Both the position numbers and the translations under genes were made by a program. Under the pieces are notes generated by a model. The model worked only from the letters and a program-made list of their open reading frames with translations, had not been told where the DNA came from and made no database searches. This document shows positions 35,801-46,288 of a stretch of DNA of 64,000 nucleotides, one piece after another. Within the stretch, counting starts at the first letter, position 1; each line of letters opens with the position of its first letter. Origin of the DNA: an uncultured bacterium (GTDB lineage: Bacteria; Patescibacteriota; Minisyncoccia; Minisyncoccales; CAVTZN01); assembly GCA_963703245.1 (NCBI GenBank), contig OY969803.1:245842-309841 (forward strand), in the 5' to 3' direction.

Positions 35801-36462
35801 CTACTCTTTCAGAGGTTGATGGTGAGGTTGAAGAAATAATTGAAGAAAATCAAAAGAGAATTATTAAGATAAGAAAAAACGAGAAGGGAGAGTTGCGAAA
35901 AAAGAAAAAACCAGAAATTATTGATTATTTAATTCCGCCAAAAGTAGTAATTTTGGTAGAAAAAGGTAAGAAAATTGAAAAGGGCCAACAGCTTTCAGAA
36001 GGACCTCTTGATTTAAAAGAACTTTTCAAGATTGTAGGAACCGAAGAAACTAAACATTATATCATAAAAGAAATTCAAAAAATCTATTGTTCCCAGGGGG
36101 CAATAATCCATGATAAACATGTTGAAATAATTGTCCGTCAGATGTTTTCTCGAGTAAGAATTAAAGAACAGGGAGGTTCTCATTTTGTGCCTGGCGAAAT
36201 AGTAGATAAGTCGATTTTACAAGAAGAAAATAATCGACTAAAAAAGGAAGGCAAAGAGCCTGCGATTTCTCAGCCCTTACTTTTGGGGATTTCAAAGGTT
36301 TCTTTGACTTGTGACAGTTTTCTTTCAGCGGCTTCTTTTCAAGAAACATCAAGGGTTTTAATCAGGGCGGCAATTGAAGGCAAAGAAGATAAATTGAGAG
36401 GACTAAAAGAAAATGTTATTATAGGGAAATTAATTCCAGTCGGTACTGGTTTTAAAAAATAG
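32809..36462 (+). CDS. rpoC: DNA-directed RNA polymerase subunit beta'
   Basis: Zn finger [23 protein letters not shown], catalytic NADFDGDQM, and [16 protein letters not shown]. It carries a K/E-rich insert at about aa 140-200. Confidence 0.95.
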   Translation: [1217 protein letters not shown]

Positions 36463-36552
36463 AATTATTATCTTTTCATATTGTTCGAAAAAAGCAAGAA
36501 ATGATATACTAAAAGTAGAGAAAAGATAAAATATTTATTTTTTAAATTTACC

Positions 36553-38730
36553 GTGGGAAAAAAGAAAAATCATAAAACAAAAAAAGAATCTCTAAAAGTA
36601 AAGAAGCCTGGATTTTTCAGCCTACATGCGGAAATAAAAAAAGGTATTGGGGGCATTTTAATGGTTATTTTTGCTCTCTTAATTGCCTTAAGCTTTTTTG
36701 ATTTAGCGGGTATTGCTGGGAACACCTTTAGAGATGTTTTTTTATTTTTAATTGGGAAAACTTTTTTTCTCGCTCCTGTAATTTTCTTTATTTTAGGAAT
36801 TGTTATTTTAAAAACCCAATCTAAATCTTTTTGGTTCCCTTTAATTTTAAGCGCCTTAATTTTAATTTTAGGAATTTCCGGAATTTTGGGTTCTTTCGAT
36901 AAAGAGCAAAAATTAGGAGGTATTCTTGGTTCTTTAGTAAGCGCACCCTTACTTAAATTTTTTGGCCTTATTGCTACTTTAATTATTTTTTCTGGAGTAA
37001 TTATTATCGGCTGCCTGATTTTAAGCCAGCTTTTAAAAAGTTCTAAACCAAAAGAGGAAAAAATTCCCGAAAAAGAAAAAACAGCCGAAGAAGAAAAGAA
37101 ATCCTCTCTCATTTCTAATTTAGTAAAGAAAATATTTATTGAGCCGAAATTTAAAGTTAAAAAAATTGAGTCCGTTTCTTCTTTTCCCATCACAACTAAA
37201 GAAATTTTTAAAGAAGAAACTTTGGCAAAAACAGAGGCAGTTTCAGGAAAATCCAAAGAAACCGGCTACGAAGCTCCTCCAATAGATCTTCTTGAAGAAG
37301 ACAAGGGACAGGCTTCGGGTGGCGACATCCAAATAAATTCCACAATTATCAAAAAAACTTTAGAAAATTTCGGCATTCCAGTTCAAATGGCTGATGTTAA
37401 TATTGGGCCTACGGTTACCCAATACACTTTTAAACCAGCCGAAGGAGTAAAATTATCAAAAATTACAACTTTAAGTAACGATTTAGCTTTAGCTTTGGCT
37501 GCTCATCCAATTAGGATAGAAGCGCCAATTCCTGGCAAAGCTTTAGTGGGGATCGAAATACCAAATAAAGTAAGGACAAGAGTGAGATTAAGAAATTTAA
37601 TTTCATTGCCTGAATTCCAAAATAATACGGCAAATCTAAGTCTTGTTTTAGGAAGAGATGTAGCGGGAAGTCCGGTATTTACTGATTTGGGTAAAATGCC
37701 CCACCTTTTAGTGGCTGGTGCGACTGGAACTGGTAAAACAATTTTCTTGAATAATTTAATTTTAAGCCTTCTTTTCCGAAATGGACCACAGATTTTAAGA
37801 CTAATTATGATTGATCCAAAAAGAGTAGAATTTTCCACTTATCAAGATCTTCCCCATCTTTTGACACCGGTAATTTATGATGCTCCGAAAACTATTAATG
37901 TTTTAAAATGGCTGACTATGGAGATGGAAAGAAGATTCCAAGTGTTAGCTGAAGAGAAAACCAGAGATATTACCCTATATAATGAAATAAAATCAAAACA
38001 AGGAGAACATTTAATGCCTTATATTGTTTTTATTGTTGATGAACTCGCTGATTTAATGGCGGCGAGAGGAAAAGAAATTGAAGTGGGTGTTGTAAGATTA
38101 GCCCAGATGGCAAGAGCAGTTGGTATCCATTTGGTATTGGCCACCCAAAGGCCTTCAGTGGAGGTTATTACAGGATTAATTAAGGCAAACATTACTTCAA
38201 GGGTTGCTTATCAGGTAGCCAGTCAAGTTGATTCAAGAACAATTTTGGATGCAGCCGGCGCAGAAAAACTTTTGGGCCAAGGAGACCTTCTTTATCTTTC
38301 TGCCGAAACCGTAAAGCCAAAAAGAATTCAGGGAGCTTATGTTTCAGAAAAAGAAGTGAAAAAAGTAATGGAATACTTTAAGAAAAAAGGAATGGAAGCC
38401 ATCTATAAAAATGAAATCGAAGAAAATTTAAAACAAGAATTAGAAAAAATTGAAAATGGAGAAATGAGAGGAGATTTTTATTCGCCCACTACTTCTTTGG
38501 GGAACGAAGGGGAAGACCCCCTTTATGAAGAAGCAAAAAAATTAGTTGTGCGTTCAAATAAGGCTTCGGCCTCTCTCTTGCAAAGACATTTAAGAGTGGG
38601 TTATGCTAGAGCAGCGAGACTTATTGATATTTTAGAAGAAAGAGGAGTGGTTGGACCTGGCGAAGGAGCAAAACCCAGAGAAGTATATATAAAAGAAGGG
38701 GGAGAAAATTCAGAGTGGCAAAAAGTGTGA
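36553..38730 (+). CDS. ftsK: DNA translocase FtsK/SpoIIIE
   Basis: N-terminal TM helices, a linker, a motor domain with Walker A GATGTGKT and DELADLM, and a C-terminal gamma winged helix (LLQRHLRVGYARAARLIDILEERGVV). GTG start. Confidence 0.9.
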   Translation: MGKKKNHKTKKESLKVKKPGFFSLHAEIKKGIGGILMVIFALLIALSFFDLAGIAGNTFRDVFLFLIGKTFFLAPVIFFILGIVILKTQSKSFWFPLILSALILILGISGILGSFDKEQKLGGILGSLVSAPLLKFFGLIATLIIFSGVIIIGCLILSQLLKSSKPKEEKIPEKEKTAEEEKKSSLISNLVKKIFIEPKFKVKKIESVSSFPITTKEIFKEETLAKTEAVSGKSKETGYEAPPIDLLEEDKGQASGGDIQINSTIIKKTLENFGIPVQMADVNIGPTVTQYTFKPAEGVKLSKITTLSNDLALALAAHPIRIEAPIPGKALVGIEIPNKVRTRVRLRNLISLPEFQNNTANLSLVLGRDVAGSPVFTDLGKMPHLLVAGATGTGKTIFLNNLILSLLFRNGPQILRLIMIDPKRVEFSTYQDLPHLLTPVIYDAPKTINVLKWLTMEMERRFQVLAEEKTRDITLYNEIKSKQGEHLMPYIVFIVDELADLMAARGKEIEVGVVRLAQMARAVGIHLVLATQRPSVEVITGLIKANITSRVAYQVASQVDSRTILDAAGAEKLLGQGDLLYLSAETVKPKRIQGAYVSEKEVKKVMEYFKKKGMEAIYKNEIEENLKQELEKIENGEMRGDFYSPTTSLGNEGEDPLYEEAKKLVVRSNKASASLLQRHLRVGYARAARLIDILEERGVVGPGEGAKPREVYIKEGGENSEWQKV

Positions 38731-38759
38731 TTAAATAACTTGTGGTATAATTAAAATAT

Positions 38760-39767
38760 ATGTCAAAGAAAAAAAAGGAAAATTCGTCAATTGGAGGACA
38801 AAGAGCTAATTTGCAAGAAGCAGTTGAAGAAATAAAACAAAGATTCGGAGAGGGGGCAATTATGAAATTAAAAGAGGCGAAACCAGTTGATGTTAATGTT
38901 GTTCCAACTGGTTCAGTCTCTTTGGATTTAGCTTTGGGAGTAGGAGGAGTGCCTCGAGGCCGGGTTATTGAAATTTTTGGTCCGGAAATGTCTGGGAAAA
39001 CTACGTTGGCATTACATATTTTAGCCGAAGCTCAGAAACAAGGAGGAATGGGAGCTTTTATTGATGCTGAACATGCTTTAGATCCAGATTACGCGAGAAG
39101 AATTGGCGTAAACATTGATGACCTTTTAATTTCCCAGCCAGATTCTGGCGAACAAGCCTTACAAATTGTTGAGACATTAGTTCGTTCTGGAGAAATTGAT
39201 GTTATTGTTATTGATTCAGTGGCAGCTTTAACTCCCAAGTCCGAAATTGAAGGAGAAATGGGCGAATTTAAAATTGGTCTTCAGGCTCGTTTAATGAGTC
39301 ATGCTCTTCGAAAATTATCTGGCATTGTCTCTAAAACAAAAACAATAGTTGTTTTTCTGAACCAAACTAGAATGAAGATCGGAGTAATGTTTGGTAATCC
39401 CGAAACAACTCCTGGAGGATTAGCTCTGAAATTTTTTGCTTCGGTAAGAATTGATTTAAGAAGAATTGGCCAGATAAAACACGGAGAGGAAATTATCGGA
39501 AATAGGGTCAAGGCAAAAATTGTTAAAAATAAAGTCGCCGCTCCCTTTAAAACAACTGAATTCGATATTTATTACAATGAAGGAATCTCTTATCTGACAG
39601 ATATTTTAAATACGGGTATAAAAAAAGAAATCATTAAGAAGTCCGGCAGTTGGCTGCAATTTGGAGAAACCCAATTGGGCCAGGGGATAGACGCAAGTAA
39701 AATATTTTTGAAAGAAAATCCGAAGATTACAGAGAAAATTAAAAAAGATATTTTAGAAAATAAATAA
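38760..39767 (+). CDS. recA: Recombinase RecA
   Basis: [12 protein letters not shown] Walker [11 protein letters not shown] and [10 protein letters not shown] signatures. Confidence 0.95.
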   Translation: MSKKKKENSSIGGQRANLQEAVEEIKQRFGEGAIMKLKEAKPVDVNVVPTGSVSLDLALGVGGVPRGRVIEIFGPEMSGKTTLALHILAEAQKQGGMGAFIDAEHALDPDYARRIGVNIDDLLISQPDSGEQALQIVETLVRSGEIDVIVIDSVAALTPKSEIEGEMGEFKIGLQARLMSHALRKLSGIVSKTKTIVVFLNQTRMKIGVMFGNPETTPGGLALKFFASVRIDLRRIGQIKHGEEIIGNRVKAKIVKNKVAAPFKTTEFDIYYNEGISYLTDILNTGIKKEIIKKSGSWLQFGETQLGQGIDASKIFLKENPKITEKIKKDILENK

Positions 39768-39780
39768 ATTTTATTAAACA

Positions 39781-39809
39781 AAAAAACTGCCCTCGAGGGC
39801 AGTTTTTTT
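39781..39809. terminator. Bidirectional terminator between recA (+) and rpsR (-)
   Basis: A6-CTGCCCTCGAGGGCAG-T7, a perfect palindrome. Confidence 0.8.
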
Positions 39810-39821
39810 GTTTAATATTAA

Positions 39822-40034
39822 TCACTTTTGCATATAAGGAAGCAAGCCTAAATGACGAGCTCTTTTAATAGCTTTTGCTACTTTTCTTTGATGGAGAGAA
39901 CAGGTATTTGTTTTTTCTTTTGCTCTAATTTTTGCTGAGCCAGAAATAAATCTTTTAAGGAGTTCAGTATCCTTAAAATCAATTTCATTTATTCCTTTTT
40001 GACAAAAATAACAGTCCATAAGATTAAATTTCAA
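39822..40034 (-). CDS. rpsR: 30S ribosomal protein S18
   Basis: CYFCQKGINEIDFKDTELLKRFIS...IRAKEKTNTCSLHQRKVAKAIKRARHLGLLPY. Confidence 0.9.
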   Translation of the reverse strand: MKFNLMDCYFCQKGINEIDFKDTELLKRFISGSAKIRAKEKTNTCSLHQRKVAKAIKRARHLGLLPYMQK

Positions 40035-40103
40035 AACCCAAAATTAAAATTTAAAAATAAATTTCGAAACAGTTTTGGATTTTAAGCCTTGAGTTTTGAA
40101 TTT

Positions 40104-40987
<884 letters not shown>

Positions 40988-40992
40988 ATTAT

Positions 40993-42054
40993 TTATATTT
41001 TGAATTCAATTATATCGCCGTCCTGAACAATATATTCTTTTCCTTCAGTTCTTAGCCAACCTTTTTCTCTTGCTTCTTGCCAGGAACCAGCTGTTATTAA
41101 TTTTTGGAAAGAAATTACTTCTGCTTTTATAAAATTAGTTTCAAAATCAGTATGAACTTTTCCGCCTGCTTCGGGCGCTTTTAATCCTTTTTTTAACGTC
41201 CATGCCCTCGTTTCTTTTCCTCCGGCGATAGTATAAAAAGTTATTAAATCAAGAATATTGTAGCAGATTAAGATTAATTGGTCAACCTGTGATTTAAATC
41301 CCATTTCTTTAACTTCTATTTCAGATAGTTCAGATATCTCTTCTTCAATTTTGAAATCAAACACTAAAGAATTGGAAAAACCTAATAATTTTTCGAAATT
41401 TTTAGGATTATCCTTTAATTGTTTTTCGCTGATATTAAAAATATAAATTATTGGTTTTTGGGTTAAAAATTGGAGATTTTTGATCTTTAATTGCTCTTCT
41501 TTAGTTAAATCCATTTCTGAAATTAATATTCCTTGCGAAAGAGCATCCTTAATTTTTTTAAAGAATTCAAAGGTTTTTAAGTTTTCTTTATCGTTAGTTT
41601 TAGAAAATTCTTGGAGTTCCGGAAGATACTTATCTAAAGTTTCTAAATCTTTCATAAGCAATTCAATTTTAATAATTTCAATATCCCTTTCAGGATTAAC
41701 ACTTTTCTCAACATGCTCAATTTCTTCATTCTCAAAAGCTCGGACAATTTCTAAAATAGCATCGCATTCCCTAATTTTGGCTAAAAATTGATTTCCCAAA
41801 CCTTCTCCTTTATGAGCGCCCTTGACCAATCCTGCGATATCGACAAATTCAATAATAGTAGGAGTAATTTTTTCAGGTTTAATAATTTCAGCTATTTTTT
41901 CTAATCTTTCATTAGGAACAGCGACTACCCCAACATTAGGGGAGATGGTGGTAAAGGGATAGGAAGCAATATCAACCTGTTTTTTAGTTAAGGCTTTAAA
42001 TAAAGTCGATTTTCCAACATTAGGAAGGCCAACTATGCCGACGGAAAATGACAT
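40993..42054 (-). CDS. ychF: Ribosome-binding ATPase YchF
   Basis: GIVGLPNVGKSTLF P-loop, a coiled insertion and a C-terminal TGS-like domain (…DFETNFIKAEVISF…). Confidence 0.85.
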   Translation of the reverse strand: MSFSVGIVGLPNVGKSTLFKALTKKQVDIASYPFTTISPNVGVVAVPNERLEKIAEIIKPEKITPTIIEFVDIAGLVKGAHKGEGLGNQFLAKIRECDAILEIVRAFENEEIEHVEKSVNPERDIEIIKIELLMKDLETLDKYLPELQEFSKTNDKENLKTFEFFKKIKDALSQGILISEMDLTKEEQLKIKNLQFLTQKPIIYIFNISEKQLKDNPKNFEKLLGFSNSLVFDFKIEEEISELSEIEVKEMGFKSQVDQLILICYNILDLITFYTIAGGKETRAWTLKKGLKAPEAGGKVHTDFETNFIKAEVISFQKLITAGSWQEAREKGWLRTEGKEYIVQDGDIIEFKI

Positions 42055-42111
42055 ATAGATATAATATAGCTAGTTTCGCTCGATATATCATACATGATAT
42101 AATAAACCCGT

Positions 42112-43524
42112 ATGAACGTCAATTCAAACATTTTTCGTACTTATGATATAAGAGGGATTTATCCTAATGATTTAAATGAGGAAGTTGTTCGTATGATTTG
42201 TAGGGCTTATATAATTAGATACCCCAAAGCCAATAAAATCGTTGTTTCCCAAGATACGCGCAAAAGTTCTCCTATTTTGGCAAGAGCGATAATTGATGAA
42301 CTTATTAATTTAGGGAAAGAAGTAATTAATATTGGGATAGCTCCTGACTCTTTATTTTATTTTTCTATTTTTAATTATCATTTTGATGGAGGATTTGCGA
42401 TCGAAGGTTCTCATAATCCGAAAGAATATAACGGATTAATCTTACATGTTCGGAGACCAGGGCAGAAAATCGGTGAAGATATCGCAGAAAAGGAATTAGA
42501 CGAATTAAAAGAATTAGTTATTAAAGAAGTAAAGCCAAAAAAACAACAGAAATTAGGGAGAATGATAATTTTTGACCCCCTAGAAGATTATATTAATTAT
42601 ATTGTTAACAAAATAAGCCTAAAACGGCCATTAAAAATCATTTTCGATACTGGCAATGGAGCTGTAAGTTTTTTGCCAGAAAAAATTTTTAAAAGGCTAG
42701 GCTGTCAAACAAGAACAATTTACGGAGAATTTAATGGAGATTTTCCACATCATTTACCCGATCCTTATAAAGAAGAAAATATAAAAGACCTTCAAAAGAT
42801 AGTTGTAGATGAAAAAGCTGATTTAGGATTTGCTTACGATGGCGACGGCGATCGCGTGGTGCCGATTGATAATCAAGGAAGAGCAATTAGTGGAGATTTC
42901 TGCCTTTTAATGTTGGCTAAGCAGTCCCTAAAAAAGAAAAAAGGACCAATTGTCCACGATATGAGAATTTCAAAAATATTTTTAGAAGAAATGAAAAAAG
43001 AAAATGTTAAAACTTTTTTTTCCATTTCTCATCATAATGCTGTTATTAATAAAATTATTAAAACAAAGGCTGTTTTTGGAGGAGAGATTACATTGCATTT
43101 CTTTTTCCCCCTTGATTATTATCTATGCGATGATGCCGTATTCGCTTCTTTAAAATTAGCTGAAATTTTCTCACAGTATGAAAATCTCGCAAGTTATATT
43201 GATAGCTTACCATCTTCCTTCTCTAGCCAGGAGATATTTATTGATACAACCGATGAAGAAAAATTTAAAATTATTAAAAATTTACAAAAATACCTCCGTA
43301 AAAATAATTATAATTTTATAGATATTGATGGAGCCAGAATTAATTTTCCTAATGGTTGGGCTTTAGCAAGGGCGGCTAATACCACGCCAATTATTAAATG
43401 CCGGTTTGAAGGAGATACTAAAGAAGATTTAATAGAAATTGAAAAGAAATCTTTAGATATTTTCAAAAAAGTAGGTATACCCGTAACAAAAAAGACCTAT
43501 GAAGAATTAGGTCTAAAAGAGTAA
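42112..43524 (+). CDS. Phosphomannomutase / phosphoglucomutase family
   Basis: Active-site GSHNPKEYNG and metal-binding loop YDGDGDR; four-domain size (470 aa). Confidence 0.8.
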   Translation: MNVNSNIFRTYDIRGIYPNDLNEEVVRMICRAYIIRYPKANKIVVSQDTRKSSPILARAIIDELINLGKEVINIGIAPDSLFYFSIFNYHFDGGFAIEGSHNPKEYNGLILHVRRPGQKIGEDIAEKELDELKELVIKEVKPKKQQKLGRMIIFDPLEDYINYIVNKISLKRPLKIIFDTGNGAVSFLPEKIFKRLGCQTRTIYGEFNGDFPHHLPDPYKEENIKDLQKIVVDEKADLGFAYDGDGDRVVPIDNQGRAISGDFCLLMLAKQSLKKKKGPIVHDMRISKIFLEEMKKENVKTFFSISHHNAVINKIIKTKAVFGGEITLHFFFPLDYYLCDDAVFASLKLAEIFSQYENLASYIDSLPSSFSSQEIFIDTTDEEKFKIIKNLQKYLRKNNYNFIDIDGARINFPNGWALARAANTTPIIKCRFEGDTKEDLIEIEKKSLDIFKKVGIPVTKKTYEELGLKE

Positions 43525-43542
43525 ATATTAAATCTTTAGATC

Positions 43543-44520
43543 TTATAAAAGGCCCATTTTTTTTCTAACATCGGCCATTGTAGATTGAGCAATAACTTGA
43601 GCTTTCTTGGCTCCTTTATCTAAAATATCTTTAACATAGACTTCTCTTTGTAGAAGCTCTTTTCTTTTTCGGCGGAATGGTTCTAAGGAATTTATTAATA
43701 AATTAGCTAATGATTTTTTAAATTCCGCATAACCCTTTCCTTTAAATTCTCTTTCAACATCCTTAATTTCTTTTTTGGAAAAAAGACTATAAATTGTCAA
43801 AAGATTGGAAATGCCGGGTTTCTTCTCAAGATTATATTTTATCTCCTTGCCAAGATCAGTAAGAGATGTCATTACCTTATTTTTTATAATATCCGGCTCA
43901 TCAAATAAACCAATACAACCCCTAGGGTCTTCGGTTTTTGACATTTTCTTTTTTGGGTTTTGTAAAGACATTATTTTTTCTCCCATTTTTGGAAGTAGGG
44001 CCTTAGGCTCTTGAAAAGTTTGGCCAAATTTTTGGTTAAATTTCCGAGCAATAATCCTAGATAATTCAACATGCTGTTGCTGGTCTTTACCGACTGGAAC
44101 AATATCTGTTTGATAAAGTAAAATATCTGCTGCCATTAAAACAGGATAATTTAAAAGTCCGGCGTTAATATTTGTTTTGAATTGACGGGATTTTTCTTTA
44201 TATTGCGTCATTCGGCCTAGTTCGCCAACAGGAGTAATCACGTTTAATAACCAAGCTAATTCTGAGTGCTCTTTTACTTGGGACTGAATAAAAAATATAC
44301 ATTTCTCTGGGTCAAGGCCTGCAGCTAAATAAGCGGCTGCAACATCAAAAATGTTCTTTTGTAATTCTTTCGGTTCCCAAGGAGTAGTAAGGGCGTGCAA
44401 ATCAACAATACAAAAAACGCATTCATTTTCTTTTTGAAGCTCAAGCCATTGATGGATTGCTCCCAAATAATTTCCTATATGTAATTCTCCGGTTGGCCGG
44501 ATACCTGAAAATATTCGCAT
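43543..44520 (-). CDS. trpS: Tryptophanyl-tRNA synthetase
   Basis: The N-terminus GIRPTGELHIGNYLGA carries the HIGH-type motif. Also present are VPVGKDQQQHVEL and KMSKT. Confidence 0.9.
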   Translation of the reverse strand: MRIFSGIRPTGELHIGNYLGAIHQWLELQKENECVFCIVDLHALTTPWEPKELQKNIFDVAAAYLAAGLDPEKCIFFIQSQVKEHSELAWLLNVITPVGELGRMTQYKEKSRQFKTNINAGLLNYPVLMAADILLYQTDIVPVGKDQQQHVELSRIIARKFNQKFGQTFQEPKALLPKMGEKIMSLQNPKKKMSKTEDPRGCIGLFDEPDIIKNKVMTSLTDLGKEIKYNLEKKPGISNLLTIYSLFSKKEIKDVEREFKGKGYAEFKKSLANLLINSLEPFRRKRKELLQREVYVKDILDKGAKKAQVIAQSTMADVRKKMGLL

Positions 44521-44527
44521 AAAATTT

Positions 44528-46203
44528 TTAAACTTCGATAACTACTGGTAAAATCATTGGTCGTCTTTGAGTTTTTGAAAAGAGGAATTGGCCGATTTTA
44601 TTCCTGATTTCGTCTTTAATATAAATCCAATTTACTGCTCCGCCCGAACCCGCCGCCTCATCAACGATTTTTATCACTCTTTTACGAGTATCATAAAGCA
44701 AGTTTTTTGATTCTCTCAAATAAACGAATCCTCTAGATATTATATCAGGAGAGCCCTTAACTTTTCCAGTTTGGCGATCCACAACCGCTACAATTACAAA
44801 CATTCCGTCTTTAGACAAGGTTTGGCGGTCTCTTAAAACAACTTCTCCCACGTCTCCAATTCCTAATCCATCAACCATAATATAATTTGAAGGGACGATA
44901 TTTTTCTCAATAAAAATATTTTCCGGACTTAAATTAATAATTTGTCCATTTTCAGCTACAACGATATTTTTATCCGGAAAGCCCGCAAGTTTTAGCAATT
45001 TGTCCATGGTTTACCAACATTGAATATTGCCCGTGAATAGGCAAGAAAAATTTAGGCTTAATTATTTTTATCATTTCCTCCAATTCTAATTCTTTGGGCA
45101 TGGCCGCCGGCATGAATATCCATCATTTTATAATGAAAAACCTTACAGCCCTGCCGCAAAATTTCATCTTTTAAAAATTGACCGTTCTTTCATTTCCCGG
45201 GATTACCGAAGAGGAGAAAATAACAGCATCTCTCTTTTTTAAGTGTAAGAATCTATGTTCTCCGTTAGCAATTCTCATTAAAGAAGCCTGTCCTTCTCCT
45301 TGTGCGCCCGTACAGAGAATTGTTATTTTTGAATCAGGGATACTTTCCATATTTCTTTAACTTTAATTAAAGTTCCTTTTTTAACCTTCAAATATCCTAA
45401 AATTTTGGCAATTTCCACATTGGTTTTCATTGAATATCCTTCAACTATCACTTTTCTGCCGTATTTTTCAGACAGGGTAATAATTTGCTGGATTCTGTTG
45501 ATAAGAGAAGCAAAAGTGGCGGCAATAATGCGGCCAGGGGCATTTTGGAAAATTTCTCTAAATTTTCTTGAATAGTTTTTTCTGAAAGAGAATGGTTTGG
45601 TTCTTCAGCGCCGGTTGAGTCTGAAAGCAAAAGAAGAATATTCCTCTTCCCAAAATTCCTTAATTTCTCAAAATTAGTCGGTAAGTCATTTACCGGATTT
45701 TCGTCGAATTTGAAATCAGAAGTATGTAAAATATTACCTACCGGTGTAGAAATAAAAATACCCAAATTGTCCGGGATATTATGATTTTGTCGGAAAAATT
45801 CAACCCTGAAAGGTCCTAAATTAATTTTATCTCCGTCTTTAACTTCTTGGATTTCAAATTTTGGTTGTAATGAGAAATCTTCTTGTCTTTTTAAGATGAT
45901 GCCCTTAGTTAGGGGAGAAGCGAAAAGTGGCGGAGTTCCGATTTTTTCAATTAGATAAGGAACAGCTCCGATATGGTCGTAGTGGCCATGAGTAAAGACT
46001 ATCCCTAAAATATTTTTTTCTTTTCCTTTGAGATAGGAAATATTTGGAATAATAAAATCAATGCCCGGCATATCTTCTTCCGGCATTCTAAAGCCCATAT
46101 CAATAATTAAAATACTTCTTCCATATTCAAGAAGCATCATATTTCGGCCGACCTCTCCTAGGCCGCCCAGCGGTATAAGACGTAAATTTTTTTCTTTTAT
46201 CAT
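44528..46203 (-). pseudogene. rnj: Ribonuclease J, central ~0.5 kb broken by at least five frameshifts
   Basis: 45448..46203 encodes the metallo-beta-lactamase part (HGHYDHIG) and 44528..45007 the C-terminal domain. Between them, the RNase J-like segments IFQNAPGRIIAATFASLINRIQQ, ITILCTGAQGEGQASLMRIANGEH..VIPGNE, MDIHAGGHAQ and LEEMIKIIKPKFFLPIHGQY lie in successively different frames. Confidence 0.85.
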
Positions 46204-46204
46204 G

Positions 46205-46286
46205 TGCGGATGGTGGGATTCGAACCCACAAGCCTTACGGCATACGGTCCTGAACCGTACGCGTATTCCAGTTCCGCCACATCCGC
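46205..46286 (-). tRNA. tRNA-Leu (anticodon CAG), type II, no encoded CCA
   Basis: Reverse complement: GCGGATG-TG-GCG-GAACTGGAATA-CGC-G-TACGG-TTCAGGA-CCGTA-TGCCGTAAGGCTT-GTGGG-TTCGAAT-CCCAC-CATCCGC-A. Confidence 0.9.
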
Positions 46287-46288
46287 TT

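Noticed and set aside
36570-37256. 228-aa minus-strand ORF
   Set aside because: It is antisense to the ftsK N-terminal and linker region, with low-complexity K/I/F-rich sequence.
45178-45360. 60-aa plus ORF
   Set aside because: It is antisense to the degraded RNase J region, where the minus strand shows RNase J peptide strings.
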